A stretch of DNA of 64,000 nt from Acidobacteriota bacterium (GTDB lineage Bacteria; Acidobacteriota; Thermoanaerobaculia; Multivoradales; UBA5704). Location: NCBI GenBank assembly GCA_040005235.1, contig JBDTZG010000004.1, positions 1 through 64,000 on the forward strand, written 5' to 3'. Shown here in pieces: positions 18,988 to 32,372 of this stretch (position 1 is the stretch's first letter; each line of letters starts with the position of its first letter). Below the pieces are notes generated by a model. The model saw only the letters and a list, made by a program, of their open reading frames with translations, was not told the origin of the DNA and did not search any database. The translations under genes and the position numbers were made by a program.

Positions 18988-20668
18988 GAGCCTGGACCTC
19001 TCCGTTTTGGCTTGCTCGTTGTCGCCGCCGCACCCACAGTACCAGGAGAATTTCGATGCCCAAGACCGCTACGGCGGCCTCGATCATCGGGACGATCGGC
19101 GAAGGCGCTTCCTGCGGCATGGTGTACAGGTACATCCACTGCGTCAAGCCCCGCTTGCTGCCGCGCTCTCGGCTGTAGCCGTCCCAGACCGAGAACGCCA
19201 CCGGGACGAACTGGCCCGGCTCGAAAGAGACGCTGCCGCCGCCGCGCAGGGCGCGCTTCATCACCACCGTCCATTCGCCGTGATCGTAGCTCGCCACAGC
19301 CGTCACGTCCTCGCCTTCGACCACCGTCACGCTCGAACTTCCCGCTCCGGTGTAGCGCTGCACGGCCTTGGACGCGAGATCGATGAACCAGAGGTCGACC
19401 GGGTTCTGCGAGTCGCCGAAGATGAAATACGGCTTGCGGATGCCGCTCGGGAGCGTCACCGGCAGCTGAATCGCCAGGGCATCGGAGAACTCGGTCTCCG
19501 GTGTGACCGCCGGTGCGGCACCCGGTGCCGCTTCGACCTCGTCGCCCCAGACGCCGCCCTCCGTGCCACTGCCGGAGGCCGCCGGCTCGGCGGCGGGCGT
19601 TGCGGTTTCCTCGCCGCCCCAAACGTCCCCTTCGGCGGCCGGCACTGCGGCGGCCTCTGCAGCCTGTTCTTCCGCGGGCGGCACGATGAGGTCGGGGGCA
19701 TTGTGGCCCACCGCATCGGCGCGCAGGTCGTGCCAGGTGACGCGGAACGCGATCTCCCGGGCGTTATAGACCGCGCGGACTTCGACCGCCGTGGCGGACG
19801 GATGGAACGCGCGGCCGGGCTCGGTCACCTGACCGATCACCGGGAAGAGCGAAGACGGGGCGGTCGCGAACAGATCCTTGGTTTTCGCGAGGTCGAGTTC
19901 CTCGTTGCTCCACTGCACCTGCAGCAGGTTCGAGTAGCCCGGCGCGTCGCGCGGATCGAGCGATTCGATGTAATCGACCAGCTGCCAGCGCTCGGCGTCG
20001 GTGAGCGACTCGGCGAACGCTGGCATCGGCGTGCCATTCAGACCGGTGGTGAAGGTGCGGTAGATGTCCTCGCGCGTCGGTCCGCCGCGATACGTCCAAC
20101 GCATCGTGAGGTCGGCCGGCCGGATCGGGTGGTCCCAATCGTCCTTGAGCGTCGGGGCGGAGGTTCCGTCGCCGCGCCCGACCTCGCCGTGGCAGGCCGC
20201 GCAGCCGATTTTGGCGTAGACCTCTTTGCCCTTCTTCGCCGACTCTTCGGAGTAGCTCGGGGCTTTCGGGATCTCGATCGCTTTCGGCTTCTTGGCGGGA
20301 TCCGCGAAATCCGGCGAGAACGACTTGACCGCCGCCACCAGGGTCTTGATCTCCTCGTCGGACAGCTGCTTCCAGGCCGGCATCGAGGTGTAGGGCATTC
20401 CCTCGCGAATGACGTGGGTGAGATCCTCGTCGGTCGGCAGCGAGCCGCTCGGCGTGTGGCGGATCTTGAACTTGCCCGCGGTGAAGTCGCGCGGACGCGG
20501 CATCAGCCGCAGCGCCGCAACGCCCTGACCGTCGCCTTTTTCGCCATGGCACTGCGAGCAGAGCTTCTGGTAGAGCGGTCCGCCCGGGACCTGGTCGGCG
20601 GCGCGCGCGCCGGGGGCCGCCAGCGCCACGCCCAGCGTCACGAGGATGAAGGCTCCGCGAGCGCTCAC
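18980..20668 (-). CDS. Diheme cytochrome c fused to an ethylbenzene-dehydrogenase-gamma-like heme b domain, with a C-terminal TM
   Basis: Signal peptide; CSQCH and CAACH; FSDALAIQLP ... WTVVMKRAL ... VAFSVWDG. Confidence 0.75.
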   Translation of the reverse strand: MSARGAFILVTLGVALAAPGARAADQVPGGPLYQKLCSQCHGEKGDGQGVAALRLMPRPRDFTAGKFKIRHTPSGSLPTDEDLTHVIREGMPYTSMPAWKQLSDEEIKTLVAAVKSFSPDFADPAKKPKAIEIPKAPSYSEESAKKGKEVYAKIGCAACHGEVGRGDGTSAPTLKDDWDHPIRPADLTMRWTYRGGPTREDIYRTFTTGLNGTPMPAFAESLTDAERWQLVDYIESLDPRDAPGYSNLLQVQWSNEELDLAKTKDLFATAPSSLFPVIGQVTEPGRAFHPSATAVEVRAVYNAREIAFRVTWHDLRADAVGHNAPDLIVPPAEEQAAEAAAVPAAEGDVWGGEETATPAAEPAASGSGTEGGVWGDEVEAAPGAAPAVTPETEFSDALAIQLPVTLPSGIRKPYFIFGDSQNPVDLWFIDLASKAVQRYTGAGSSSVTVVEGEDVTAVASYDHGEWTVVMKRALRGGGSVSFEPGQFVPVAFSVWDGYSRERGSKRGLTQWMYLYTMPQEAPSPIVPMIEAAVAVLGIEILLVLWVRRRQRASQNGEVQAHV

Positions 20669-21489
20669 TCATGCACCTCGTGCGCCCGGGGGGTCTGGCC
20701 CGAGAAGTCGTAGAGGAACAGGATCACGTCCCACATCTCGTCCTCGGTCAGGAACTTCTCCCATTGCGGCATGGCGGTATCCCACGGACCGGCCTCTTCC
20801 GGCAGGCCCGGGCCGCCTTTGGAGATGCGCCAGAACAGGAACGATTCCTGGAGCAGGGCGATCGCGCCGGCATCGGCGAAGTTGGTGGGGATCGGGTTCA
20901 AGCCCCGGGAGTACATTCCGTCGCCGCGCATCGCGTCACCGTGGCAGAAGACGCAGTTCTGGTAATAGACCCGCCGGCCATCGGCCAAGTGAACGGCGAA
21001 CGCCGCCGGATCGGTCTTCTGGAGCGGCCGGTAAGGGTTGTCCAGCTTCACTAGGTCGAACGGCTTCTCGTGCACCGAGATCGAGTCGGGCGGTGCCGGG
21101 TGGATCGTGCGGCCGAACGCGGGGGCTTCGAGCTTGACCGACATCTTCCGGTAGACCCCGAATGCCACGATCGCCGGAATCAGCAGGACGACCGCATAGA
21201 GGATCGGGCGTCGGCGCGGCTCGACGCACAGCCGGACCAGCGGCCCGGTGAACGCCTGGAGCCGTTCGCGGCTGGAGGTGACGTAGGCGATCGTCGCGAG
21301 CGTCACGATCCCCATGTAAAGCGTGATCACCGACTGCGGGATCGGCACTTTGAATCCGAAGCGCAGAAAGACCCAGACCGAGGCCCAGGTCACCAGGGTC
21401 CAGAGGAACGTGCCCGCCCGGCGCAGGCGCAACAAGAATTGCACCGCGGCAAGCGCCAGCACCACCCACAAGATGATCGGCAGGCTCAT
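20665..21489 (-). CDS. Membrane-bound monoheme cytochrome c
   Basis: Several N-terminal TM helices; CVFCH; distal MP. Confidence 0.8.
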   Translation of the reverse strand: MSLPIILWVVLALAAVQFLLRLRRAGTFLWTLVTWASVWVFLRFGFKVPIPQSVITLYMGIVTLATIAYVTSSRERLQAFTGPLVRLCVEPRRRPILYAVVLLIPAIVAFGVYRKMSVKLEAPAFGRTIHPAPPDSISVHEKPFDLVKLDNPYRPLQKTDPAAFAVHLADGRRVYYQNCVFCHGDAMRGDGMYSRGLNPIPTNFADAGAIALLQESFLFWRISKGGPGLPEEAGPWDTAMPQWEKFLTEDEMWDVILFLYDFSGQTPRAHEVHE

Positions 21490-21519
21490 CGCGTCATTAT
21501 CCCTCGGTCGGTCCTTGAC

Positions 21520-22182
21520 TCACTGACCCGAGCCTGGGGCCGCCGGAGCGGGAGCAGACCCCGGGGCTTCAGAGGTCGTCGGGACTTCGGCCGGCGTGGC
21601 GGAGTCGGTGGCGCCCGGGGTGGCGGCCGGTGCGGTGTCTGCGGGGGTCGCAGGGGCTGCCGGCGGCGTCGCGCCGATCGCGGCATCTCCGCCGCCGCCC
21701 GCCTGCCAGGGCAGCTTGGTCTGCATGGTCACGGTGGTCGTTCCCCCGAGGCTCTGGAGATACGCGATCACCGCCAGGATTTCGTCGTCGGTCAAGCCGA
21801 TCGGCGGCTTGCTGATCTCCGGCATGCCCGGGTTGAAGCCGGGCACGATGAATTTGGCCGGTTCGTACATCGACTGCGCGATGTACTCGACGTCGCTCAT
21901 GCCCGGGATCCGGGTCCCGGCGCGGGAGCCGATGCCGCCGAGGTCCGGAAAGCGGAACGGGCCGGAGGACTTGCCGATCGTGTGGCAGGTGAAGCAGAGC
22001 CCTTTGCCTTCCATGATCTGGCGGCCGACCTTCTGCATCTCCTCCGGCTTCATGTCCTTGGCGAGGACGATGTCCTCGGGCGGATGCACTTCCTTCTGGG
22101 GCACCAACTGACCGACGTAGGTGTAAAAGCCGGTCGTGGCGACCGCCAGCGCGGCGATCCGCAAGCTCACCGGAACCTTCAC
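21520..22182 (-). CDS. Membrane-anchored monoheme cytochrome c
   Basis: CFTCH; YIAQSMYEP ... GMP; Ala/Pro-rich tail. Confidence 0.8.
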   Translation of the reverse strand: MKVPVSLRIAALAVATTGFYTYVGQLVPQKEVHPPEDIVLAKDMKPEEMQKVGRQIMEGKGLCFTCHTIGKSSGPFRFPDLGGIGSRAGTRIPGMSDVEYIAQSMYEPAKFIVPGFNPGMPEISKPPIGLTDDEILAVIAYLQSLGGTTTVTMQTKLPWQAGGGGDAAIGATPPAAPATPADTAPAATPGATDSATPAEVPTTSEAPGSAPAPAAPGSGQ

Positions 22183-24047
22183 GCGGCAGCTCCTTCTTCG
22201 AGGGCTTTGACGGCTTTGGGCTTCTCTTCCCAGTCTTTCTTACCGGCGAGACCGGAGAGCCAGAACACGAAGCTGATCAGCAGGAAGAAGATCAGCACGG
22301 TCGCCGAAACCACCTTGGTGGCGAATCCGAGAGTCGGCGTGAAGGCGTCCACCGAGGTGTCCCGCATGACGCCGTAGACGTGCCAATGTTGGCGCAGCCC
22401 GGAACGGACGTAGCCCATCAGGCCCATCAGCCAGGTGAACGTGACGGCGATGAAGATCAGCACGTATTGCGAGATCGGGTTGATCTGGCCCCAGCGCGGC
22501 TCGGCGGCCTTCTGCGCGTTCTTGAACAGGAAGACATCGATCACCGTGACCGAGATCATCGCGAGCAGCACCGAGAGAACCTGCGGGATCGAGAACGCGA
22601 TGCGCACGGCCGCTTCGACGAAATAGCCGTAGACGCCGAGGAAGATGACGATCGACGCAGCGACGAGGAAGATCGCAAGCTGCGCCCGGTTTCCCGCCTT
22701 CGCCCATTTGACGGTCGGCGTCTTGCCGCTGCGGCGATAGAGCAGGAAGCTCACGTAGGTCGTGAGGATCAGGATGTTGACGGCGGTGTTCTTCGCCGAC
22801 ATGACGCCGAGGAAGCCGAGCGCCGGGTGGGACGAGCCACCCATGGCCCGAATTTCGGAGACGGTCGAGATGATCGAACGCGGCGTCGCCCAGACGGCGA
22901 AGCAGATCGCCACGAGAATCAGCAGGTACTTGATATATTTTTGGAACTTCTCGGCTCCGTTGATCCGCCCCATGCCCAGCCAGAGGTAGTAGTTGGCGGC
23001 GAGGAACAGGTTGCCGATCAACACCGCCTGGATGATGAACAGCCAGGAGAACGCGCCGCCCATCATCGTCAGGCCGAGCGTCTGGGAGTAGGCGTAGATC
23101 TCTTTCGCCAAGTAGTAACCGGCGAACGGGAGCGGCAGGAAGGCGCAGATCGCCACGAAGTTGCCGATGTAGCCCATCCAGTCGTAGTGGGCTCGATCCT
23201 CGTCGGTCTTGGCGCCCAGGAACTTGAATGCGGCGTAGGCGGCGGCCACCGAGCCGCCGAAGGCGACGTTGGCGACGATGCGGTGGATGTTGATCGGCAT
23301 CCAGGTGTAGTTGTGGACGGCGTCCCAGGTGCTGATCAGCGCGCCTTTTTCCGAGATTCCCGAAGGCGAGGTCATGAACGTCAGCCAGGCGTTGGCGATC
23401 AGCATGATCGCCGTGCCGACCAGGTTGAGCCCAAGGCCGAGCAGCAGATGGACTCGGGGCGAGAACTTCCCCCAACCGTAGTAGTAGGTATAAAGGAAGA
23501 ACGCCTCGGCGAAGAACAGCAGCACGTAAGGCAGAAAGGTGACCGAGAAGACGCTCACCAGATAGGCCGTGAACTTGGGGTACAGGATGATCAACATGAA
23601 GGTGAGGAAGGCGCCGAACGTGCCGGTGAGCGAGAACGACACCGAGAGCAGCTTGGTGAACTCGTGCGCCAGCCGGTCGTAGCGAGGATCCTTGGTGCGG
23701 TAGCCGATGAACTCGATGATCAGCGCGAACAGCGGCACCGCCAGCACGAACGCAGCGAACAGCAGGTGAAGCTGCGCGACAATCCAAATCGCGACCCGGC
23801 TGCCGATCTTCGGAAACGCGCGGTACTCGACCTCCTGGTAAGGCTTCGCCTTGTCGGCCTTCTCCTGCTCGGCCTTCTGGTCGGCGATTCCCTGATCGCG
23901 CGGGGTTTCCGCGGCGACCGCGGCGGCCGAGGATTGCGGCCGATAGGGCGCGTGGTACTCCCGGCCCATCAGGAACTTGGCGACCCCGGCAGCCAGGCCC
24001 AGTCCCACGACGGCGGCCACGATGGCGAGCAACATCCGGTTTTTCAT
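22179..24047 (-). CDS. Cytochrome bd-like oxidase subunit I (CydA-like, no CydB)
   Basis: AQLHLLFAAFVLAVP, FFAEAFFLYTY, ANAWLTFMTSP, NIHR, MGYVRSGLRQHWHVYG; polytopic membrane protein. Confidence 0.75.
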   Translation of the reverse strand: MKNRMLLAIVAAVVGLGLAAGVAKFLMGREYHAPYRPQSSAAAVAAETPRDQGIADQKAEQEKADKAKPYQEVEYRAFPKIGSRVAIWIVAQLHLLFAAFVLAVPLFALIIEFIGYRTKDPRYDRLAHEFTKLLSVSFSLTGTFGAFLTFMLIILYPKFTAYLVSVFSVTFLPYVLLFFAEAFFLYTYYYGWGKFSPRVHLLLGLGLNLVGTAIMLIANAWLTFMTSPSGISEKGALISTWDAVHNYTWMPINIHRIVANVAFGGSVAAAYAAFKFLGAKTDEDRAHYDWMGYIGNFVAICAFLPLPFAGYYLAKEIYAYSQTLGLTMMGGAFSWLFIIQAVLIGNLFLAANYYLWLGMGRINGAEKFQKYIKYLLILVAICFAVWATPRSIISTVSEIRAMGGSSHPALGFLGVMSAKNTAVNILILTTYVSFLLYRRSGKTPTVKWAKAGNRAQLAIFLVAASIVIFLGVYGYFVEAAVRIAFSIPQVLSVLLAMISVTVIDVFLFKNAQKAAEPRWGQINPISQYVLIFIAVTFTWLMGLMGYVRSGLRQHWHVYGVMRDTSVDAFTPTLGFATKVVSATVLIFFLLISFVFWLSGLAGKKDWEEKPKAVKALEEGAAA

Positions 24048-24721
24048 GGAGTCCCCGCTGGAGGAGCGGCTGCAGGCGTCGAAGCGGCGGCGGGCGCTTC
24101 CGCCCCGGGCGCGGCGGTTTCAGCCGCTGCCGCCGCCGGCTGACTTCCCTGGCGTTCGAGGCGACGCGCCTGCAACTCGCGCAGGTGGACGATGATCGCC
24201 CAGCGATCGGCGACGGGAATCGGGTACTTGTACGAGGGCATCAGGCCGAACCCGTTGGTCACGGTGTCGAAGATCTGCCCGACGGGCATCTGGCGCAGCC
24301 GGTCGCTGTGGAACGTCGGGGTCGGCACCTTGCCGCGCTCGAACAGGATGCCCTTGCCGTCGCCGTGGGTGTCGTGGCAGGCGGCGCAATAGATGTCGAA
24401 CCGCTCCTGCCCCCGGGCGCTCACCGCGTCGGTCACTTCGATCGGCACGGTGGTCGCGAATTCGCCTTCGGGCGTCATGCCGGTCCAGTACGGACCGTCC
24501 TTGATCAGGTCGCGCAGCTCGCCGCGCGCCACCGTACCGGGAACCGGCGGCCGCATCACCGCGCCGTCGTAGAAGAAGGCGCTCGCGGCCTGCGGCTCGT
24601 AGCGGGGTTGGATGTCCATGTTGGGATTCAGATGGATCGGCGGCCGGCTGGAGGTGCAGCCCCGGGCACACCCGCCGAGGGCGAGCAGGACGAGCGCAAG
24701 CGAGGCGTGGTGTCTGCGCAC
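24044..24721 (-). CDS. actE: ACIII ActE-like lipoprotein cytochrome c
   Basis: Lipobox LGGC; NMDIQPRY; PVPGTVARG; CAACH; paralog of 60075..60797. Confidence 0.8.
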   Translation of the reverse strand: MRRHHASLALVLLALGGCARGCTSSRPPIHLNPNMDIQPRYEPQAASAFFYDGAVMRPPVPGTVARGELRDLIKDGPYWTGMTPEGEFATTVPIEVTDAVSARGQERFDIYCAACHDTHGDGKGILFERGKVPTPTFHSDRLRQMPVGQIFDTVTNGFGLMPSYKYPIPVADRWAIIVHLRELQARRLERQGSQPAAAAAETAAPGAEAPAAASTPAAAPPAGTP

Positions 24722-24724
24722 GGT

Positions 24725-27831
<3,107 letters not shown>

Positions 27832-27835
<4 letters not shown>

Positions 27836-28479
27836 CGGTGGCACCCCGTGCAGTCGAGGGGCGGCGCCAGCCGCTTCTCTTTGATGATTTGGGCGGCGAG
27901 CTGGGCTTGATCCTTGCCCGGGGTCCAATCCATGTTGGTGACCTCATGCGCCGGGCGAAGATTGGGGCCGGGGTTGCGGTGGCAATCGAGGCACCAGCTC
28001 ATCGAGAGAGGCTGCGCCTGGGCCACCACTTCCATCTTGTCGATCCGCCCATGGCAACTGGCGCAGCCGACCCCGGCGCGGATATGCGGCCGGTGGTCGA
28101 AATAGGCGAAGCCGGGCAGGTTGTGGACCCGCACCCAGCGCATCGGCCGGCTGGTCGAAGAGCTGTCGCGGATCGCGGCGAGCGCCGGAGAGTCGCGCTT
28201 GATCACCCGGTGGCAGTTCATGCAGATCTGGGTCGGCGGCACGACGGCCACCGGCGCCCGATCGACCGTGGCGTGGCAGTAGAGGCAGTTGATGCCGAGA
28301 TCGCCCGCGTGGAGCTTGTGGCTGTAGGGGACCGGCTGCTCCGGTTGGTAGCCGACATCGGTGAACTTGGGGGAAAAGAAGTACCCAATGCCGGCAACCA
28401 CCAGGCCGCCCGCGACCAGGCTGGCTGCGGCGATGCGCAGCGGCAAATCGTTAGTCCAGCGCTCGAAAATCTGCGCCAC
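27832..28479 (-). CDS. actA: ACIII ActA pentaheme cytochrome c
   Basis: One TM helix and five CxxCH motifs; QPVPYSHKLHAG. Confidence 0.9.
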
Positions 28480-28674
28480 GCGCTAGCCCCGCTCCCGATC
28501 GATCAGCTGCACGCGTGAGCGCTTGCAGACCTTCCTCAAGGCATCTCTCCAACGACTACCGGCTCTGGCTCGATGTGTAAAGCGGGCGCAGTCTACCGTG
28601 GGCTGTTTCGACGGGTCAAGGCGTTTTCGTCGGGTCCGCGAAGCCGCTGGGTTCCGTATACGATACGCCGGCTC

Positions 28675-29778
28675 ATGCCTACCTCTATAGAAGACCGCGT
28701 CGGTCTGCTGATCGTGAACCTAGGAACCCCGGACGCTCCGCGGACGCCGGAGGTGCGGCGGTATCTGCGGCAGTTTCTCTCCGATCCCAGAGTGATCGAT
28801 ACCTCGGCGCTCGCGCGGTTTCTCGTGCTGGAGCTGCTGATCCTGCCGACCCGGCCGAAGAAGTCGGCGGAGGCGTACGCCAAGGTCTGGGGTCCCGAGG
28901 GCTCTCCCCTTCTGGTGATCGGCCGCGAACTGGCGGCGAAGGTACAGGCCCGGTTGGGGGAGGCGGTGCAGGTCGAGCTGGCGATGCGCTACGGCAATCC
29001 CTCGATCGAGAGCGCGATCGATCGGCTGGAACGTTCCGGGGTGACCCGCATCGTGGTCTTCCTTCTCTATCCGGAGTACAGCTCCGCCGCGACCGGCTCG
29101 TCGATCGAGGAGATTCTGCGGGTCGTGGGCAAGCGCTGGAACACCCCGTACCTCCAGATCGTCCCGCCGTTCTACGACCACCCGGCCTACATCGAGGCGC
29201 GCGCCGCGGTGGCGCGACCGTATTTAGATCCTAGCCCCGAGCGGGTCTTCATGAGCTTCCACGGGCTGCCCGAGCGGCAGATCCGCAAAAGCGATCCGAC
29301 CGGCAGCCACTGCCTGGCGAAACCCGACTGCTGCGCCGTGATGGGGTCGGCGAACCGCTTCTGCTATCGCGCCCAGTGCTTCGCCACGGCGCGTGCGTTG
29401 ACGAAGCGGCTCGGCATCCCGGAGGAGCGCGTCACCGTCTGTTTTCAGTCGCGCCTGGGGCGCACCCCCTGGCTGACGCCCGCCACCGACCAGGTGCTCG
29501 CCGAGGAGGCCAAGAAGGGCACCCGCCACGCGGTGATCATTCCCTCGTTCGTCACCGACTGCCTGGAGACGCTCGAAGAGTTGAGCATCCGCGGCGCCGA
29601 GACTTGGGCTGAGAACGGCGGCGAGACGCTCAGAGTCGTGCCGGCGGTGAACGCCGACGACCGCTTCGTCGAAGCGCTGATCGGGATCGCCGCCGAGAAT
29701 TCGACCTGGCTTGAAGCCGCGATCGGTCGAATGGCAGGCGAATCGTCCGGCCTCGCTCGCAGGGCCTCGGCCTCCTGA
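28675..29778 (+). CDS. hemH: Ferrochelatase
   Basis: GLLIVNLGTP, AMRYGNPSI, MSFHGLP, FQSRLG, DCLETLEE. Confidence 0.95.
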   Translation: MPTSIEDRVGLLIVNLGTPDAPRTPEVRRYLRQFLSDPRVIDTSALARFLVLELLILPTRPKKSAEAYAKVWGPEGSPLLVIGRELAAKVQARLGEAVQVELAMRYGNPSIESAIDRLERSGVTRIVVFLLYPEYSSAATGSSIEEILRVVGKRWNTPYLQIVPPFYDHPAYIEARAAVARPYLDPSPERVFMSFHGLPERQIRKSDPTGSHCLAKPDCCAVMGSANRFCYRAQCFATARALTKRLGIPEERVTVCFQSRLGRTPWLTPATDQVLAEEAKKGTRHAVIIPSFVTDCLETLEELSIRGAETWAENGGETLRVVPAVNADDRFVEALIGIAAENSTWLEAAIGRMAGESSGLARRASAS

Positions 29779-29780
29779 CC

Positions 29781-31214
29781 ATGCCGCAGCGGGTGGCGAT
29801 CGTGGGCGCCGGAATCGGCGGCCTGGCCGCGGCCGATCATCTGCGCCGCCGAGCCGCCGAGCGCGGCTTGCCCGTCGAGATCACGATTCTGGAGGCGTCC
29901 GACCGGTCCGGGGGAGTGCTCGCGACCGAGACCTTCGAAGACGTGCTCCTCGAACGCGGCCCCGACACGCTGGTCACCCACAAACCGGCCGGCCTCGCCC
30001 TGTGCGAACGCCTGGGCCTTTCCGACCGGGTGGTCTACCCTGAATCCGGGCACATCGACATCCTGGAAAAAGGGCGCCTGCTTCCCTTGCCGGCGGGCTT
30101 CGCCCTGCTCGCCCCAACGGCTTGGAAACCGTTGCTCTCCTCGCCGTTGCTCTCCTGGCCCGGCAAGGTGCGCGCGCTCGCCGAGCCGCTGATCGCATCC
30201 AGAACGCAAGGATTGCGACCGACGGGCGAGCCGGCCGACGAGAGCGTCGCGTCGTTCGTGCGGCGGCGGTTCGGCAACGAACTCTACCGCCGCCTGAGCG
30301 AGCCGGTGGTCGGCGGGATCACCATGGCCGATGTCGAGAACCTAAGCCTCGCGGCCACCTTTCCACGGCTGGCGAGCCTGGAGCAACGGCCGGGCCGCCT
30401 CTCCGGCGGTTGGAGTCGACGCCCCGCCTCGCCCGGTTCGGCGGGCGGCCCTGGCAAAGCCGCCCCTCCTCCGACCGCGACGCTCTCCGGCGGCCTGGGC
30501 CAGATCGTCGACGCCCTGGTCGCGCGGCTGCCCGCTCGCTCCCTGCTGCTTGGCCAGGCGGTGGAGGGGATCGTCCGCCAGGGCGGCGAGATCCAGCTCC
30601 GGCTGGCCGGTGAAGAGTCTCTTTCCGTCGATGGCGTGCTGATCGCCATTCCGGCTCACGCCGCGGCGGCACTTTTCTCGGATCTCGATGCGAATCTCGC
30701 CGAAGGGCTGGGGAAGATCGCTTACGCCTCCTGCGCAACCGTGAACCTCGCCTGGCCCCAGGACGGCGTCGAACGCCCGCCTCAAGGCCACGGTTTTTTC
30801 GTACCTCGCACCGCGGGTCTCCCCGTTGTGGCGGCGACGTTCGTCAGCGTCAAATTTCCCGAACGGGTACCGAAAGGTCAGATCGTCGCGAGGGTCTTCT
30901 TAGGTGGAGCGCTCCACCCGGATGCCCTGAGCGGTAGCGACGCCGAACTCGTCGACCTCGCAGTGAGCACCTTGGAACCGCTCTTAGGGTTGCGGCAGGC
31001 CCCGGCGTGGAGCCGTGTTTGGCGTCATCCGCTGGCGATTCCCCAGCGCCCGGTTGGACACCTGGCGCTCACAGCGAGGCTTTCCGCGCAACTTGCGCAG
31101 CATCCCGGGCTTGAATTTGCGGGCGGGCCGCTCGGCGCCTACGGTCTGCCGGATTCGATCGCGGCGGGCGAGGCGGCGGCGGAACGGTTGGTTGAGTGGG
31201 TCGAGACGAAGTAG
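29781..31214 (+). CDS. hemG: Protoporphyrinogen/coproporphyrinogen oxidase (HemY-type)
   Basis: IVGAGIGGLAAA FAD motif, ERGPD, DESVASFVRRRFG. Confidence 0.9.
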   Translation: MPQRVAIVGAGIGGLAAADHLRRRAAERGLPVEITILEASDRSGGVLATETFEDVLLERGPDTLVTHKPAGLALCERLGLSDRVVYPESGHIDILEKGRLLPLPAGFALLAPTAWKPLLSSPLLSWPGKVRALAEPLIASRTQGLRPTGEPADESVASFVRRRFGNELYRRLSEPVVGGITMADVENLSLAATFPRLASLEQRPGRLSGGWSRRPASPGSAGGPGKAAPPPTATLSGGLGQIVDALVARLPARSLLLGQAVEGIVRQGGEIQLRLAGEESLSVDGVLIAIPAHAAAALFSDLDANLAEGLGKIAYASCATVNLAWPQDGVERPPQGHGFFVPRTAGLPVVAATFVSVKFPERVPKGQIVARVFLGGALHPDALSGSDAELVDLAVSTLEPLLGLRQAPAWSRVWRHPLAIPQRPVGHLALTARLSAQLAQHPGLEFAGGPLGAYGLPDSIAAGEAAAERLVEWVETK

Positions 31215-31219
31215 CGGGG

Positions 31220-31296
31220 TGGTGCACCCTGAGGGACTCGAACCCCCAACCCTCAGATTCGAAGTCTGATGCTCTATCCAATTGAGCTAAGGGTGC
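31220..31296 (-). tRNA. tRNA-Arg(TCG)
   Basis: GCACCCTTAGCTCAATTGGATAGAGCA-TCAGA-CTTCGAA-TCTGA-...GTTCGAGTC...GGGTGCACCA; CCA end is encoded. Confidence 0.95.
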
Positions 31297-31392
31297 GTTT
31301 TGGAAGCTCCGCGTGGGTATTGTAGGCGAGAGCGGGGGAGAGGGGGATATGCGGCGCGTTTAAGGTGGAAACGGAGGATCTGCCCAGCAGGC

Positions 31393-31625
31393 GCCGCGAG
31401 CGATTGAAATCGCTCGCTACGATACGACGTCCCTACGGGACGTGTTGTTCCCGTCCCGGCAGGGACGATTAATATAGCGAGGGGTTTCAACCCCTCGCGG
31501 CGGCTGCGGCGGCTCGCGAATCCTGCTGGCCTCGCGTCCTGCGGCGGCATTGCGAACCCTCCGGCGGCTCGCGAATCCTGCGGGCGCTCGCGAAATCCTG
31601 TGACGGCTCTCGAATCACGCGGCAT
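31393..31625. repeat. REP/REPIN-like palindrome cluster plus short tandem repeats
   Basis: Hairpins at 31396-31417, 31428-31442, 31452-31467 and 31477-31498, then GCGGCTCGCGAATCCT-like tandem units. Confidence 0.75.
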
Positions 31626-31638
31626 CCCCACAGCCGCC

Positions 31639-32352
31639 CTACCCCTTCGCCCCCTCCAGCGCCTCCAGATCCTTCTTCAGCTTCTTGATCGACGATTCGT
31701 CCTGGCTGTCGTAGTAGCCGCGGATTGCGCCTTGGGCGTCGATCAGGACGAAGCGGGTGCTGTGGATGATCGGATCGATGACGCCTTCGACGGAAGGGGG
31801 CGGGTTTGGATCGACCGCGAGCTTGAAACCGCCCTTGATCAGGTCGTACATCGTCGCCCGGTCCCCGGTTAGGAACCACCAGTGCTCCGGGGCGGCGAAT
31901 TTCTCGGCGTAGGCTTCCAGGACTTCCGGGGTGTCGTTGTCCGGATCGACCGTGAAGGAGACGAGCCTTGCGCCGATTCGGGGGGGCAGCTCGCGTTCGA
32001 GCTTCATCATCCGCTCCGTGATCAGCGGGCAGCTGGTGGCGCAGCGGGTGAAGATGAAATCGGCGATCCAGGGGGATCCGGCGAGGTCGGACGGTCCGAC
32101 CCGGCGGCCGTCCCGGTTGGTCAGCTCGAATTCGGGCACCTGGCCGAGGATCGGCGGCGGCGCGCCCGGGCGGCCGAGCGCGAGGCGGCTGGAGATCGCC
32201 GAAAAGGCGATCCCGGCGAGGGCGGCGACCAGCACGGCCCAGAGCAGCCGGCGCCGCCAACGGCCGGAGCCGTCGAGGATCGTCGAATCCTCGCCGTGCT
32301 CGCCTCCGCTCGGCGGGCCGTCTTGCGGCTCTTCGCTCACCGGTTCGCCCAT
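31639..32352 (-). CDS. SCO-family copper chaperone
   Basis: FIFTRCATSCP (CxxxC), VDPDNDTP, IIHS. Confidence 0.9.
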   Translation of the reverse strand: MGEPVSEEPQDGPPSGGEHGEDSTILDGSGRWRRRLLWAVLVAALAGIAFSAISSRLALGRPGAPPPILGQVPEFELTNRDGRRVGPSDLAGSPWIADFIFTRCATSCPLITERMMKLERELPPRIGARLVSFTVDPDNDTPEVLEAYAEKFAAPEHWWFLTGDRATMYDLIKGGFKLAVDPNPPPSVEGVIDPIIHSTRFVLIDAQGAIRGYYDSQDESSIKKLKKDLEALEGAKG

Positions 32353-32372
32353 CGTTCCCAATCAGGCCCGGA

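Noticed and set aside
31220-31296. tRNA as the integration site of an island
   Set aside because: No integrase nearby and no duplicated tRNA 3' end seen in the window.
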